A DNA stretch of 64,000 nucleotides from Turneriella sp. (GTDB lineage Bacteria > Spirochaetota > Leptospiria > Turneriellales > Turneriellaceae). This document shows, in pieces, positions 28,751 to 36,916 of this stretch. Position numbers and translations under genes: made by a program. Location: the NCBI GenBank assembly GCA_965279515.1, contig CBDIID010000003.1:4672001-4736000 (forward strand), given 5' to 3'. How positions within the stretch are numbered: position 1 is the stretch's first letter; every line of letters begins with the position of its first letter. The notes under the pieces were generated by a model. That model saw only the letters and a program-made list of their open reading frames with translations. It ran no database searches and was not told where the DNA came from.

Positions 28751-29107
28751 ATGCAAACAATACTAGCGGTGGATGATTCAGAGACAATGCGACAGATGGT
28801 TAAAATGACCTTACAGGCAGGTAATTACCAGGTGGTTCTGGCGTCAGATGGCGAAGAGGGTTTGAGCAAATTCCTGAACAGCACGGGTGTAGACCTGGTG
28901 ATCACGGATATCAACATGCCGAAACTCGACGGCATCGGCCTTATCAAGGAAATTCGCGCGCGAAACGCAACGGTGCCCATTCTGGCGCTGACGACAGAAT
29001 CGGAAGACACGATGCGCAAAAAAGGTGCAGAAGCGGGTGCCAACGGATGGATGGTAAAACCTTTCAAGCCGGCGCAGTTCATCGATATCGTGCGGCAGAT
29101 ATTATAA
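28751..29107 (+). CDS. cheY: CheY-like single-domain response regulator
   Basis: ILAVDDS, ITDINMP, LTTES, WMVKPF; GGAGG RBS before ATG 28751. Confidence 0.88.
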   Translation: MQTILAVDDSETMRQMVKMTLQAGNYQVVLASDGEEGLSKFLNSTGVDLVITDINMPKLDGIGLIKEIRARNATVPILALTTESEDTMRKKGAEAGANGWMVKPFKPAQFIDIVRQIL

Positions 29108-29168
29108 AAGTTTTTCGGCGAAAACATTGACGCGGTGGAACCGCGTCGCAGGATCTGGCAGGTAAAAG

Positions 29169-29831
29169 GTGCATACTGAACAAGCAAAACCGATAAAAGA
29201 ATACCGCATTATTCTCGCCGATGACCACCCGATTTTACGCTCGGGTGTCAAGGTGCTGATCGAAAGCAAATCCGGCTACAAGGTCGTGGGAGAGGTTTCC
29301 AATGGCCAGGATTTGCTCGATCTCGTGGCAAAGACTCCCTGCGATATGGTCATCCTTGATCTTAATATGCCGCTCATGAATGGTATCGAGGCGCTCGAAT
29401 ACCTGCAGATACATTATACAGCGATCAGCACGCTGGTTCTCACGACGCATAAAGAAAAACCCTTTCTGAAACGTTCATTGTCGAAAGGCGCCAAGGGCTA
29501 TCTCCTGAAAGAAGAGACCCATGATAAGCTTCTGTCTGCGATTCAGGATATCCGGCAGGGGAAAAAGGTTATCTCATCAGAGATGACCAGCCTCATTGTC
29601 GAAGATTTTTCCACCGATCTTTCGAGCCCGCTGACCGCAGATCTGCTGACGCAGCGCGAGAAAGAAATTCTCAATCTCACCGCAAACGGCCTCACGAGTA
29701 AGGAAATCGGCGAACGCCTCGATATCAGCTCCCGCACCGTTGAGGCGCACCGCGCCAATATACGCGAAAAACTCGGCGTTACCACACAGAGCGAACTAAT
29801 CAAGTATGCCATGGATCACAATTTAATGTGA
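29169..29831 (+). CDS. NarL/FixJ-family response regulator (REC + LuxR HTH)
   Basis: LADDHPILRSG, LDLNMP, LTQREKEIL..GLTSKEIGERLDISSRTVEAHRANIREKL. Confidence 0.95.
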   Translation: MHTEQAKPIKEYRIILADDHPILRSGVKVLIESKSGYKVVGEVSNGQDLLDLVAKTPCDMVILDLNMPLMNGIEALEYLQIHYTAISTLVLTTHKEKPFLKRSLSKGAKGYLLKEETHDKLLSAIQDIRQGKKVISSEMTSLIVEDFSTDLSSPLTADLLTQREKEILNLTANGLTSKEIGERLDISSRTVEAHRANIREKLGVTTQSELIKYAMDHNLM

Positions 29832-29839
29832 TATTTCCC

Positions 29840-29905
29840 TCAGTAACTCTACCTAATCCAGTCCGCCAACAGCCGGATTGACTTTCCGGCGGAATCGGTT
29901 ATATT
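29840..29905 (+). promoter_or_regulatory. Regulator box TCAGTAACTCTACCTA plus promoter of second cheY-like gene
   Basis: Box 29840-29855; TTGACT 29878, 16 nt, TATATT 29900. Confidence 0.7.
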
Positions 29906-29914
29906 CTCCGCACG

Positions 29915-30271
29915 ATGGCAAATATTCTTGCAGTAGATGACTCAGAACCGATGCGTCAGATTGTCGAGCAGACACTGACGATGGGTGGGCACCAGGTGAT
30001 TCTGGCAGCCGACGGCGAAGAAGGGCTCGCCCAATTTGCCCCGGGTAAATTTGATCTCGTGATAACCGATATCAACATGCCCGTAATGGACGGGTTTGGG
30101 CTGGTGCGCGGTATCCGCGCGCTCGATGCCAAGGTACCGATTCTCGCGCTGACGACTGAAAACGAAGATGTGAAAAAACGCAGCGGCGAGGCGGCGGGTG
30201 TCGACGGCTGGATTGTAAAACCCTTCAAACCTGCCCAGTTTCTCGCCATCATCAAGCAGGTACTCACATGA
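29915..30271 (+). CDS. cheY: Second CheY-like single-domain response regulator
   Basis: ILAVDDS, ITDINMP, LTTEN, WIVKPF; close paralog of 28751-29107. Confidence 0.88.
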   Translation: MANILAVDDSEPMRQIVEQTLTMGGHQVILAADGEEGLAQFAPGKFDLVITDINMPVMDGFGLVRGIRALDAKVPILALTTENEDVKKRSGEAAGVDGWIVKPFKPAQFLAIIKQVLT

Positions 30272-31146
30272 TTCCGCAAACGACCATCGTTGACAAAAAC
30301 GAATCAGAAAACAGCGAACTGGGACAGGGCCTGAAACGGCATGAAAGCCATGAAAAAAATATGCGCGTGCATTTTGCCAGGGCTTTGCTCAGGAACATCC
30401 TGCACTCCGCTTCACAGGGCCTTGGCATCGGCGCGGTGCTGACCTATGTTGAAATGCTGCAGATGGGCGCTGCACGGCAAAAAGACCGTGTCGAGGTTGA
30501 CGCGGGCATTTACGATGCATTGGTCGAAAACGCAACAGCCGGGCGCCAGTGGCTTTCCGCATTTGGTAATATTCTCGAGGCCTTTGAAAAAGAATATCTT
30601 TGCGAAAATGTCGCAGCCGATGCTCTCGGCCGTGACTTTAACGAAGTGATCGCCGTCGCTGAAAAATTCCGGGCGATCAAGAATCAAAGACTCATGACCG
30701 ATCCCGTGAGTTTTTCGGGAAAAATCCGAATCAACCGTGAAGGTTTTCGCGAGATCATGGACGAGCTGCTGCTCAACGCCTTCAAGTATTCCCCGGCTGC
30801 GTCGAAGATCCGCATTCTGTGCTGCAGCACAGAGAAACTGGTATCATTTATGGTCGTAAACGAAATCGAAGCAATGCGCGGCGGCGTTACCGGGCTGCCT
30901 GCCGAATACCAGAAAAAGGTATTCGAACCTTTTTTCCGCCTGAACAATACCTGGGATGACCGTTTCAGGGACCAGCGTTTTGGCCTCGGCATCGGCCTTA
31001 CCCTCGCGGAAAATGTGGCGAATGCCTGCGGCGGCCGTCTCTATACCTATGAAATAGAGCTGCCCGATTCGGGCAAGGATGCTTCGCCGCATATGGTAAA
31101 GCGCGTTGTATCGGAGCTGGTACTCGAAAAGGTTCAAGGGTTATAA
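30268..31146 (+). CDS. Atypical histidine-kinase-like ATPase (HATPase_c)
   Basis: ELLLNAFKYS, KVFEPFFR, GLGIGL; no canonical HisKA box or DxGxG box. Confidence 0.75.
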   Translation: MIPQTTIVDKNESENSELGQGLKRHESHEKNMRVHFARALLRNILHSASQGLGIGAVLTYVEMLQMGAARQKDRVEVDAGIYDALVENATAGRQWLSAFGNILEAFEKEYLCENVAADALGRDFNEVIAVAEKFRAIKNQRLMTDPVSFSGKIRINREGFREIMDELLLNAFKYSPAASKIRILCCSTEKLVSFMVVNEIEAMRGGVTGLPAEYQKKVFEPFFRLNNTWDDRFRDQRFGLGIGLTLAENVANACGGRLYTYEIELPDSGKDASPHMVKRVVSELVLEKVQGL

Positions 31147-31202
31147 GGCACCGGCTTAGTATTTGACGGGGGAAAACAACGAGCGGTTCTGGCGGCGTCT
31201 CC

Positions 31203-32321
31203 ATGAAGAAGACCGCTCCCGACCGTTTCAAAAAAAATAAATCCCGTCAGAGCGCAGAGATATCCCCGCAGGCGGCTCAGCCGGCGGGGGAGACAAGAAA
31301 ACCCTTCCTCTCCGCGTGGGCCAGTCGCGGTAAACAGACCGTCAAAATGGCGGGGCCGGCCATAGGCCGTGTCGCCAAAAGCCAGCAAAGAATTCTCGCA
31401 TGGCTGAAGAAAAAACGCAACGAGCGTCTCACGCTCATGTTTATCCCGCACAACGAACTTAAAATCCGTAATTACCATGTCAGTAACCTGACGCTCATCA
31501 TCATTACCTCGGTTTTGGGACTCGTGCTGCTCGTCAGCGCCTTCCTCGTGATACGCCACAACAGCACAATTCAGGAAGTCGATAAACTGCGCGTTTCACA
31601 CAAAGACGCCGAGGTGCAGTTTGCCAAGGTCCGGCAAGAGATTATCGACCTCAGCAAGTCATACGAAGATATTCGCCAGAATCTTTCTTCCCTGCAGTCG
31701 CTCTCCAAGGGCTCGAACGAAAAAAACGGCGGTAAAAGCCCCGAAGATAATTTTGCCGCGCAGCTCGCTGAGCTACAGCAGAAAACCAGCCAGAATAAAG
31801 ATCCCGAGAAGATTCCGCTCGAAATATTCCTCATGAACCGCATGCTGCACGATATGGAAATTTCGCGCGGCTCGCTCGGGCAGGTACAGGAATATCTCAA
31901 GAAGCGCGAGCGCGTCCTGAAAAACACACCCACGATCTGGCCGTCGCAGGGTTATATCATCAATCCCTTTGGCCTCGTGCGCATGGCGCATCGCCTCAAT
32001 GTCGCCTATAACGCCGGCGTCGATATCGCCGTGCCGCATGGCGCGGTCGTGCAGGCGACGGCGCCGGGCATCGTTGTCAGTATTAATAAAGAAGCCAATC
32101 TCACCTACACGGTGCGCATCCGCCATAACTATGGTTATGAGACCGTCTATAAGGGCATCGAAATGGTGACGGTCTCCCAGGAAGAGAAAGTGAACAAGGG
32201 CGAGCAGATTGGCCATGTTGGCCATGCGGATGACAACTTCGAAAGTATACTGCACTACGAGGTGCATATCGGCGTCGAGGCGGTAAATCCCATGCCGTAC
32301 CTGCCGCTGGCGGGGGCATAG
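31203..32321 (+). CDS. M23/LytM-family protein (TM + coiled coil), degenerate active site
   Basis: TPTIWPSQG, GVDIA, VQATAPG, LHYEV..VNPMPYL. Confidence 0.88.
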   Translation: MKKTAPDRFKKNKSRQSAEISPQAAQPAGETRKPFLSAWASRGKQTVKMAGPAIGRVAKSQQRILAWLKKKRNERLTLMFIPHNELKIRNYHVSNLTLIIITSVLGLVLLVSAFLVIRHNSTIQEVDKLRVSHKDAEVQFAKVRQEIIDLSKSYEDIRQNLSSLQSLSKGSNEKNGGKSPEDNFAAQLAELQQKTSQNKDPEKIPLEIFLMNRMLHDMEISRGSLGQVQEYLKKRERVLKNTPTIWPSQGYIINPFGLVRMAHRLNVAYNAGVDIAVPHGAVVQATAPGIVVSINKEANLTYTVRIRHNYGYETVYKGIEMVTVSQEEKVNKGEQIGHVGHADDNFESILHYEVHIGVEAVNPMPYLPLAGA

Positions 32322-32677
32322 TGAAAAAACAGGGTGATGCAGTGGCGATAGTTTCGAGCTATGTGGGGCAGGGTGACAGCTTCCACGGTGATTTTCAGCT
32401 CACCGGCGCGCTGCGCGTCGACGGCAGCGTTTCGGGCACGGTGCGCTCGACGAGCCAGGTCATCATCGGGCCGACAGGCCATATCAAAACCAATGTCGAA
32501 GCCGACAGCGTCATCGTGTCGGGCCGGGTCGACGGTAACATCTATGCGCTGGATTTCGTACACCTGCTCAAGAACGCACGCGTGATGGGAGATATCGTTG
32601 CGGCAAATCTTCTGGTCGACGAGGGTGTAATCTTCGAAGGCCGCGCGAAGATCAACCACCTCAACGTGGGCTCCTGA
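32321..32677 (+). CDS. Bactofilin (polymer-forming cytoskeletal protein)
   Basis: LRVDGSVSG, VIVSGRVDGNI, VMGDI..LLVDEGVIFEG. Confidence 0.93.
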   Translation: MKKQGDAVAIVSSYVGQGDSFHGDFQLTGALRVDGSVSGTVRSTSQVIIGPTGHIKTNVEADSVIVSGRVDGNIYALDFVHLLKNARVMGDIVAANLLVDEGVIFEGRAKINHLNVGS

Positions 32678-32753
32678 AAGACTGCTGGGCAGTTTTCTGC
32701 AAAATTTAGCCCGAGGCCGTTGCTAAGCCGGTATTTCAGCCGTCTCAAACCAT

Positions 32754-34301
32754 ATGCGCTCGCTGATCCAATTCGCCATAATTTGCAGCGTCATTCTCTC
32801 CCCGGATTGCGGATCGCTCACGCAAGAGGTTTCCCGAATTCAGACAAATGCGACAGCATCTAACGACCCGGCAAAGACTTCCGGAAATCCGGGAAGCGCA
32901 GGCGCTGCCGGAACGCCGGCAACCGTAGCCCCGGTACCGGCTACGGCTATCTGGGCGCGTACCGCCACCGTTGGGCCGACAGATTCGGCGTTTAACGGCA
33001 TTGCCACCGACACCAGCGGGAACATCTACGCCGCAGGTTCGCAGTTCGGAACCAGTACTTACACCTACGGTTCGCAGGGCAGCAACGGCGCCAATGCGGG
33101 TAACAATTCGGCGCTGGTAAAATACGATGCCGGTGGCACAGCGCAGTGGGCGCGCACCGTAACTGCTTCGTCGGGCAATTCGGTGTTTAGGGCGGTTGCG
33201 ACTGATACCAGCGGCAATGTTTATGCTGCCGGTTTTCAGAACAATTCTTCGACGTTTACCTACTCTGGCGTCTCAGCCACAGGTAACTGTGCGGCCAACA
33301 ACCTATCGCTGGTAAAGTATGACTCCACGGGCGCCGGCGTCTGGGCACGGTCGGTCACGAGCTGCGGAAGCGCCGCGCAGGCAAACGCGGTCGCGACAGA
33401 TTCCAGCGGCAATGTCTATGTCGCCGGTTTTCAGGTCGGCACCGCTTCGTACGGCTATTCGGGGCAGACCGCCACGGGAAGTTCGACCTTTAACAATATT
33501 GTACTCGTAAAATATAATTCGTCCGGTATTTCGCAGTGGGCGCGTTCGCTGGCGGGCGGTAGTAACAACGCCCAATTCAATGCGCTTGCCATCGATAGTG
33601 CGGGTAATGTCTATGCAGCTGGTTATCAGTCGGGCACTGGTAACTACACCTACGGTTCGCAGACTGCCCTGGGAACTGCAAGCGGCACCAATGTCGTGCT
33701 GGTGAAATATGATTCCACGGGCACAGCCATTTGGGCAAGTACCGTGACTGTTGGCACCGCCGCGTCGCAGTTTCTGGGGCTCGCTACGGATGCCAGCGGC
33801 AATATTTTTGCCGTGGGTTTTCAAACCGGTACTGGAACATTTAGCTATGGGAGCCAGAGTATCACGGGGAGCTCTGCCGGTACCAATATCATTCTTGTGA
33901 AATACAGTCCGGCCGGTGTCGTATTGGCGGCAACGACGCTGACGGCCGGTCCGGGTAGCTCGCAGTTTAATTCTGTCTTAACAGATTCCAGCGGCAACAT
34001 TTATGCCGCGGGCCTTCAGGCCGGTACCGGTACTTATACCTTTGGCTCCACCTCGGCTACCGGAACCGCGACGACGAACAATCCTATTTTGGTGAAATAT
34101 AACGCATCGTTGTCTGCCCAGTGGGTAAACACGATTGCCGCAGGTACGGCCAGCGCCGCCTTTAATGCCCTGGCCCTCGATTCAGGCAATAACATCTATG
34201 CCGCCGGATCTCAATCGGGCAACGGCACGTATACGTATGGCTCGCAAAGCATTGTTGGGCCCTATACGGGAAGCAACATCGCACTGGTTAAGTATCAGTA
34301 G
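32754..34301 (+). CDS. Secreted or lipid-anchored SBBP-type beta-propeller repeat protein
   Basis: Seven ~65-aa repeats W..T...A.F.A.ATD.SGN.Y.AG.Q.GT..Y.YG...N..LVKY; N-terminal signal. Confidence 0.85.
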   Translation: MRSLIQFAIICSVILSPDCGSLTQEVSRIQTNATASNDPAKTSGNPGSAGAAGTPATVAPVPATAIWARTATVGPTDSAFNGIATDTSGNIYAAGSQFGTSTYTYGSQGSNGANAGNNSALVKYDAGGTAQWARTVTASSGNSVFRAVATDTSGNVYAAGFQNNSSTFTYSGVSATGNCAANNLSLVKYDSTGAGVWARSVTSCGSAAQANAVATDSSGNVYVAGFQVGTASYGYSGQTATGSSTFNNIVLVKYNSSGISQWARSLAGGSNNAQFNALAIDSAGNVYAAGYQSGTGNYTYGSQTALGTASGTNVVLVKYDSTGTAIWASTVTVGTAASQFLGLATDASGNIFAVGFQTGTGTFSYGSQSITGSSAGTNIILVKYSPAGVVLAATTLTAGPGSSQFNSVLTDSSGNIYAAGLQAGTGTYTFGSTSATGTATTNNPILVKYNASLSAQWVNTIAAGTASAAFNALALDSGNNIYAAGSQSGNGTYTYGSQSIVGPYTGSNIALVKYQ

Positions 34302-34358
34302 GAAAGCCGGCTTATTCAATTTGAATGCGGTTTTTTGGAAAAAAGCCGATGATAAAGT

Positions 34359-34820
34359 ATGCAGCAGGTGGCTTCACCGCGTCTTTCCGTCGGCGACTTA
34401 ATGAGCCGGCCGCAGACATCACCAAAAGCTACTGTCGCTACTCCCGAGCCGGGCGCAGCAAAGTTCTCAGCTTTAGTTTCTAATATCCTGACGCGCAAGG
34501 GCGCAGATAAATCCAAAACTGTCGAAGACCTGATGGCTGACCTCGATACCGACGAGCGTGAATTTGCGGAGAACCCCGCGCGCGAGCGTTTCGAGACCTA
34601 CCGTAAAACCGTGAAGATGCTGGTGAATATGCTCGTGGCCCGCGGTTACCGGCTGCAGGGTTGGGAAGACAAAAAGAAGCGGCGCTATGAAGTTGTCAAA
34701 ACCATCGACGCCCGCCTCGCGCAGCTCTACAGCGGTTTATTGCGCCGCAACCAGGACGTCGTTATCGCGCTGCATCTCATGGGCCAGATCCGCGGCCTGA
34801 TTTTCGATCTTCAGGCTTAA
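34359..34820 (+). CDS. DUF327/YaaR-family protein
   Basis: FETYRKTVK..V..ID.RL..L....L..NQD......GQIRGLIFDL. Confidence 0.75.
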   Translation: MQQVASPRLSVGDLMSRPQTSPKATVATPEPGAAKFSALVSNILTRKGADKSKTVEDLMADLDTDEREFAENPARERFETYRKTVKMLVNMLVARGYRLQGWEDKKKRRYEVVKTIDARLAQLYSGLLRRNQDVVIALHLMGQIRGLIFDLQA

Positions 34821-35224
34821 GCCAAAACTTTGATTTTTCCGCCGGTGGCGGCGATGAAACCTTCACGGTCCTTCAGCCAGATTTCGATACGTTTGGGATA
34901 ATCCGGGTTCTGGTGACGGATTCTGAAGCCCTTTTGAAAAAGAAAGGAGCAGGGTTCGAGCTCCACGTTTTCCGCGAACGGGAATACGAACTGTCTCCCG
35001 GTGCTGACGATAATAAAATCAGGATAGACCACAACTCTTATCAGAGGTCCGCGGTACCTGACCCAACCGATAACACCGCTGACGCTGGCGGTGAACAAAG
35101 ATTCTTTTCCGATTTCCAGCGGATGTTTTTTCTCTTTGCGGATCGTCATCCAGAGGAGCATCCCTGTCACGGCCGCAGCGGCAAGGATAATGATGGTGGT
35201 AAAGAATGAGCTGACCATGCTCAC
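34817..35224 (-). CDS. Hypothetical protein with N-terminal TM helix
   Basis: 135-aa ORF coupled to the stop of the phosphorylase gene. Confidence 0.55.
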   Translation of the reverse strand: MSMVSSFFTTIIILAAAAVTGMLLWMTIRKEKKHPLEIGKESLFTASVSGVIGWVRYRGPLIRVVVYPDFIIVSTGRQFVFPFAENVELEPCSFLFQKGFRIRHQNPDYPKRIEIWLKDREGFIAATGGKIKVLA

Positions 35225-36612
35225 ATTCTCGCGAGAATATTTTTCAGCGGTTTCATTTTCGCCGCCGTCACTTTTAGCGCGGTTTTACCCACACGCGCCA
35301 CCAGGTTTTTGTGCTCTGCTGTTAAGCCCGGCTTGTAGATAAGCACAAGCGCTTCGCCTTTTTTCACCGCTTCGCCCGGCGCCTTGAGCATTTCAAGAGT
35401 CACGCGGTCGTCGATGGCATCGGTCGATTTTTTGCGGCCTGCGCCGAGATCGACCATGAGATTGCCGATAGCGCGCGAATCGCAGCCGGTAAAATACCCG
35501 GCCTTATCTGCCTTAACCGCAATCGTTTCGTCGGCGTCGGCTTTTTTCAGCGCCGACAGAATCGCTTCACCTTTTTTCACGAGGGCAGCCTCGTCACCGT
35601 TCTGCGAAGCCACCCAGGCGCTGAATTTTTTCGCGAGGCTGCCGTCCTTCCAGAGTGTGAAGAGTTTTGCCAGCGCCTTGGCGCGTTTTTTCTTGTCGTA
35701 GGCGGCGGCAGGGTCGAAGAGCGCCACGGCGAGTTCAACCGTCACTTCGACGAGCGATGATATGCGCAGTTCTTCGGCGGCGAGTTTCTTTTTACCATAA
35801 AACTTCTCGGCGGTATTAAAATAGATGCTGCCGGGCTGGCAGAATGCGCGGGCCTCGAATGTTTCGGCGGTGTTGCCGGTATAACGGCCCAGCGGAAAGT
35901 CCATCGCGGTGATGATACTGACGGTACGGATGCCCGCATTGTTCGCAGTTTTTGAAATCGATTGGGCAAGCGCTTTCGCCTCTTTGAGGTTTTGCATGAA
36001 CGCACCGCTGCCGCATTTGACGTCCATGACGAGGGTATCGAGATCTTCGGCAAATTTTTTGCTGAGGATAGAGGCGGTGATGAGTGAGATTTCATCGACT
36101 GTCGCGGTCACGTCGCGCAGTGCATAGATCTTTTTATCAGCAGGGGCGATGTCCGCGGTCTGCCCGATGACGAAGCAGCCGGTTTTTTCGAGGAATGCCG
36201 AGAGTTCGGCCTGCGTATAGTCGATGCGGTAGCCAGGTATCGCCGCGAGTTTGTCGAGCGTGCCACCGGTAAAACCCAGGCCGCGTCCCGAAATCATCGG
36301 TACCTTGACGCCGGCGGCGGCGAGCCACGGTGCCAGCATCAGCGAGGTCTTATCGCCGACACCGCCCGACGAATGTTTGTCGGCCTTGGCACCCTTGACG
36401 GCGCGGAAGTTGAGCTTTTGTCCGCTCGAGGCCATCGCCCGCGTGAGGTGCGTACGCTCCTCGATATCCATCCCACGCCAGCAAATGGCCATGAGCAGTG
36501 CCGTGATCTGGTAATCGGGGATATCCCCCGTGGTCGCGCCCTGAACGACGCGTTCGATCTCTTTCTGGCTGAGCTTTAACCCGGCTTTTTTGCGGGCGAT
36601 AATTTCGTTCAC
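35221..36612 (-). CDS. deoA: Thymidine/pyrimidine-nucleoside phosphorylase
   Basis: DKHSSGGVGDK, SGRGLGFTGGTLDKL, ALRDVTATV, DVKCGSGAFM. Confidence 0.93.
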   Translation of the reverse strand: MNEIIARKKAGLKLSQKEIERVVQGATTGDIPDYQITALLMAICWRGMDIEERTHLTRAMASSGQKLNFRAVKGAKADKHSSGGVGDKTSLMLAPWLAAAGVKVPMISGRGLGFTGGTLDKLAAIPGYRIDYTQAELSAFLEKTGCFVIGQTADIAPADKKIYALRDVTATVDEISLITASILSKKFAEDLDTLVMDVKCGSGAFMQNLKEAKALAQSISKTANNAGIRTVSIITAMDFPLGRYTGNTAETFEARAFCQPGSIYFNTAEKFYGKKKLAAEELRISSLVEVTVELAVALFDPAAAYDKKKRAKALAKLFTLWKDGSLAKKFSAWVASQNGDEAALVKKGEAILSALKKADADETIAVKADKAGYFTGCDSRAIGNLMVDLGAGRKKSTDAIDDRVTLEMLKAPGEAVKKGEALVLIYKPGLTAEHKNLVARVGKTALKVTAAKMKPLKNILARM

Positions 36613-36673
36613 GGGAGAGGGTTAAAATGAACCGGGCGCGGGCAATCGAAAACCGGGACACGCCCGGGGATTA

Positions 36674-36823
36674 CTACTTAGGTAGCTTGGTCGGGATTTT
36701 GTCGGTTGGGATTTTATCCTTATACTCCATGGCCCTGTCTTTCATCTTATTGAAGTCGCAGCCGCCGCCGCAGGCAGTGGCACCCCAGGCCAGCATCAGC
36801 ACGGGAATCAAAATGAGTCGCAT
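36674..36823 (-). CDS. Putative 49-aa small lipoprotein
   Basis: MRLILIPVLMLAWGATAC signal with Cys, then a Lys-rich tail; fills the gap upstream of deoA. Confidence 0.55.
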   Translation of the reverse strand: MRLILIPVLMLAWGATACGGGCDFNKMKDRAMEYKDKIPTDKIPTKLPK

Positions 36824-36916
36824 CAGAACTCTACGGCTGATGGCAGGTTGACCGGCAAGCGGTATTTTGGGACCACAAGTTGGTTGTCCGGCCAGCGGGG
36901 CGGCAAATATACGCCG

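Noticed and set aside
29129..29147. Hairpin GACGCGG-TGGAA-CCGCGTC before the NarL gene as a terminator or riboswitch
   Set aside because: No U-tract and too short for an aptamer; it overlaps a TTGACG and its role cannot be resolved
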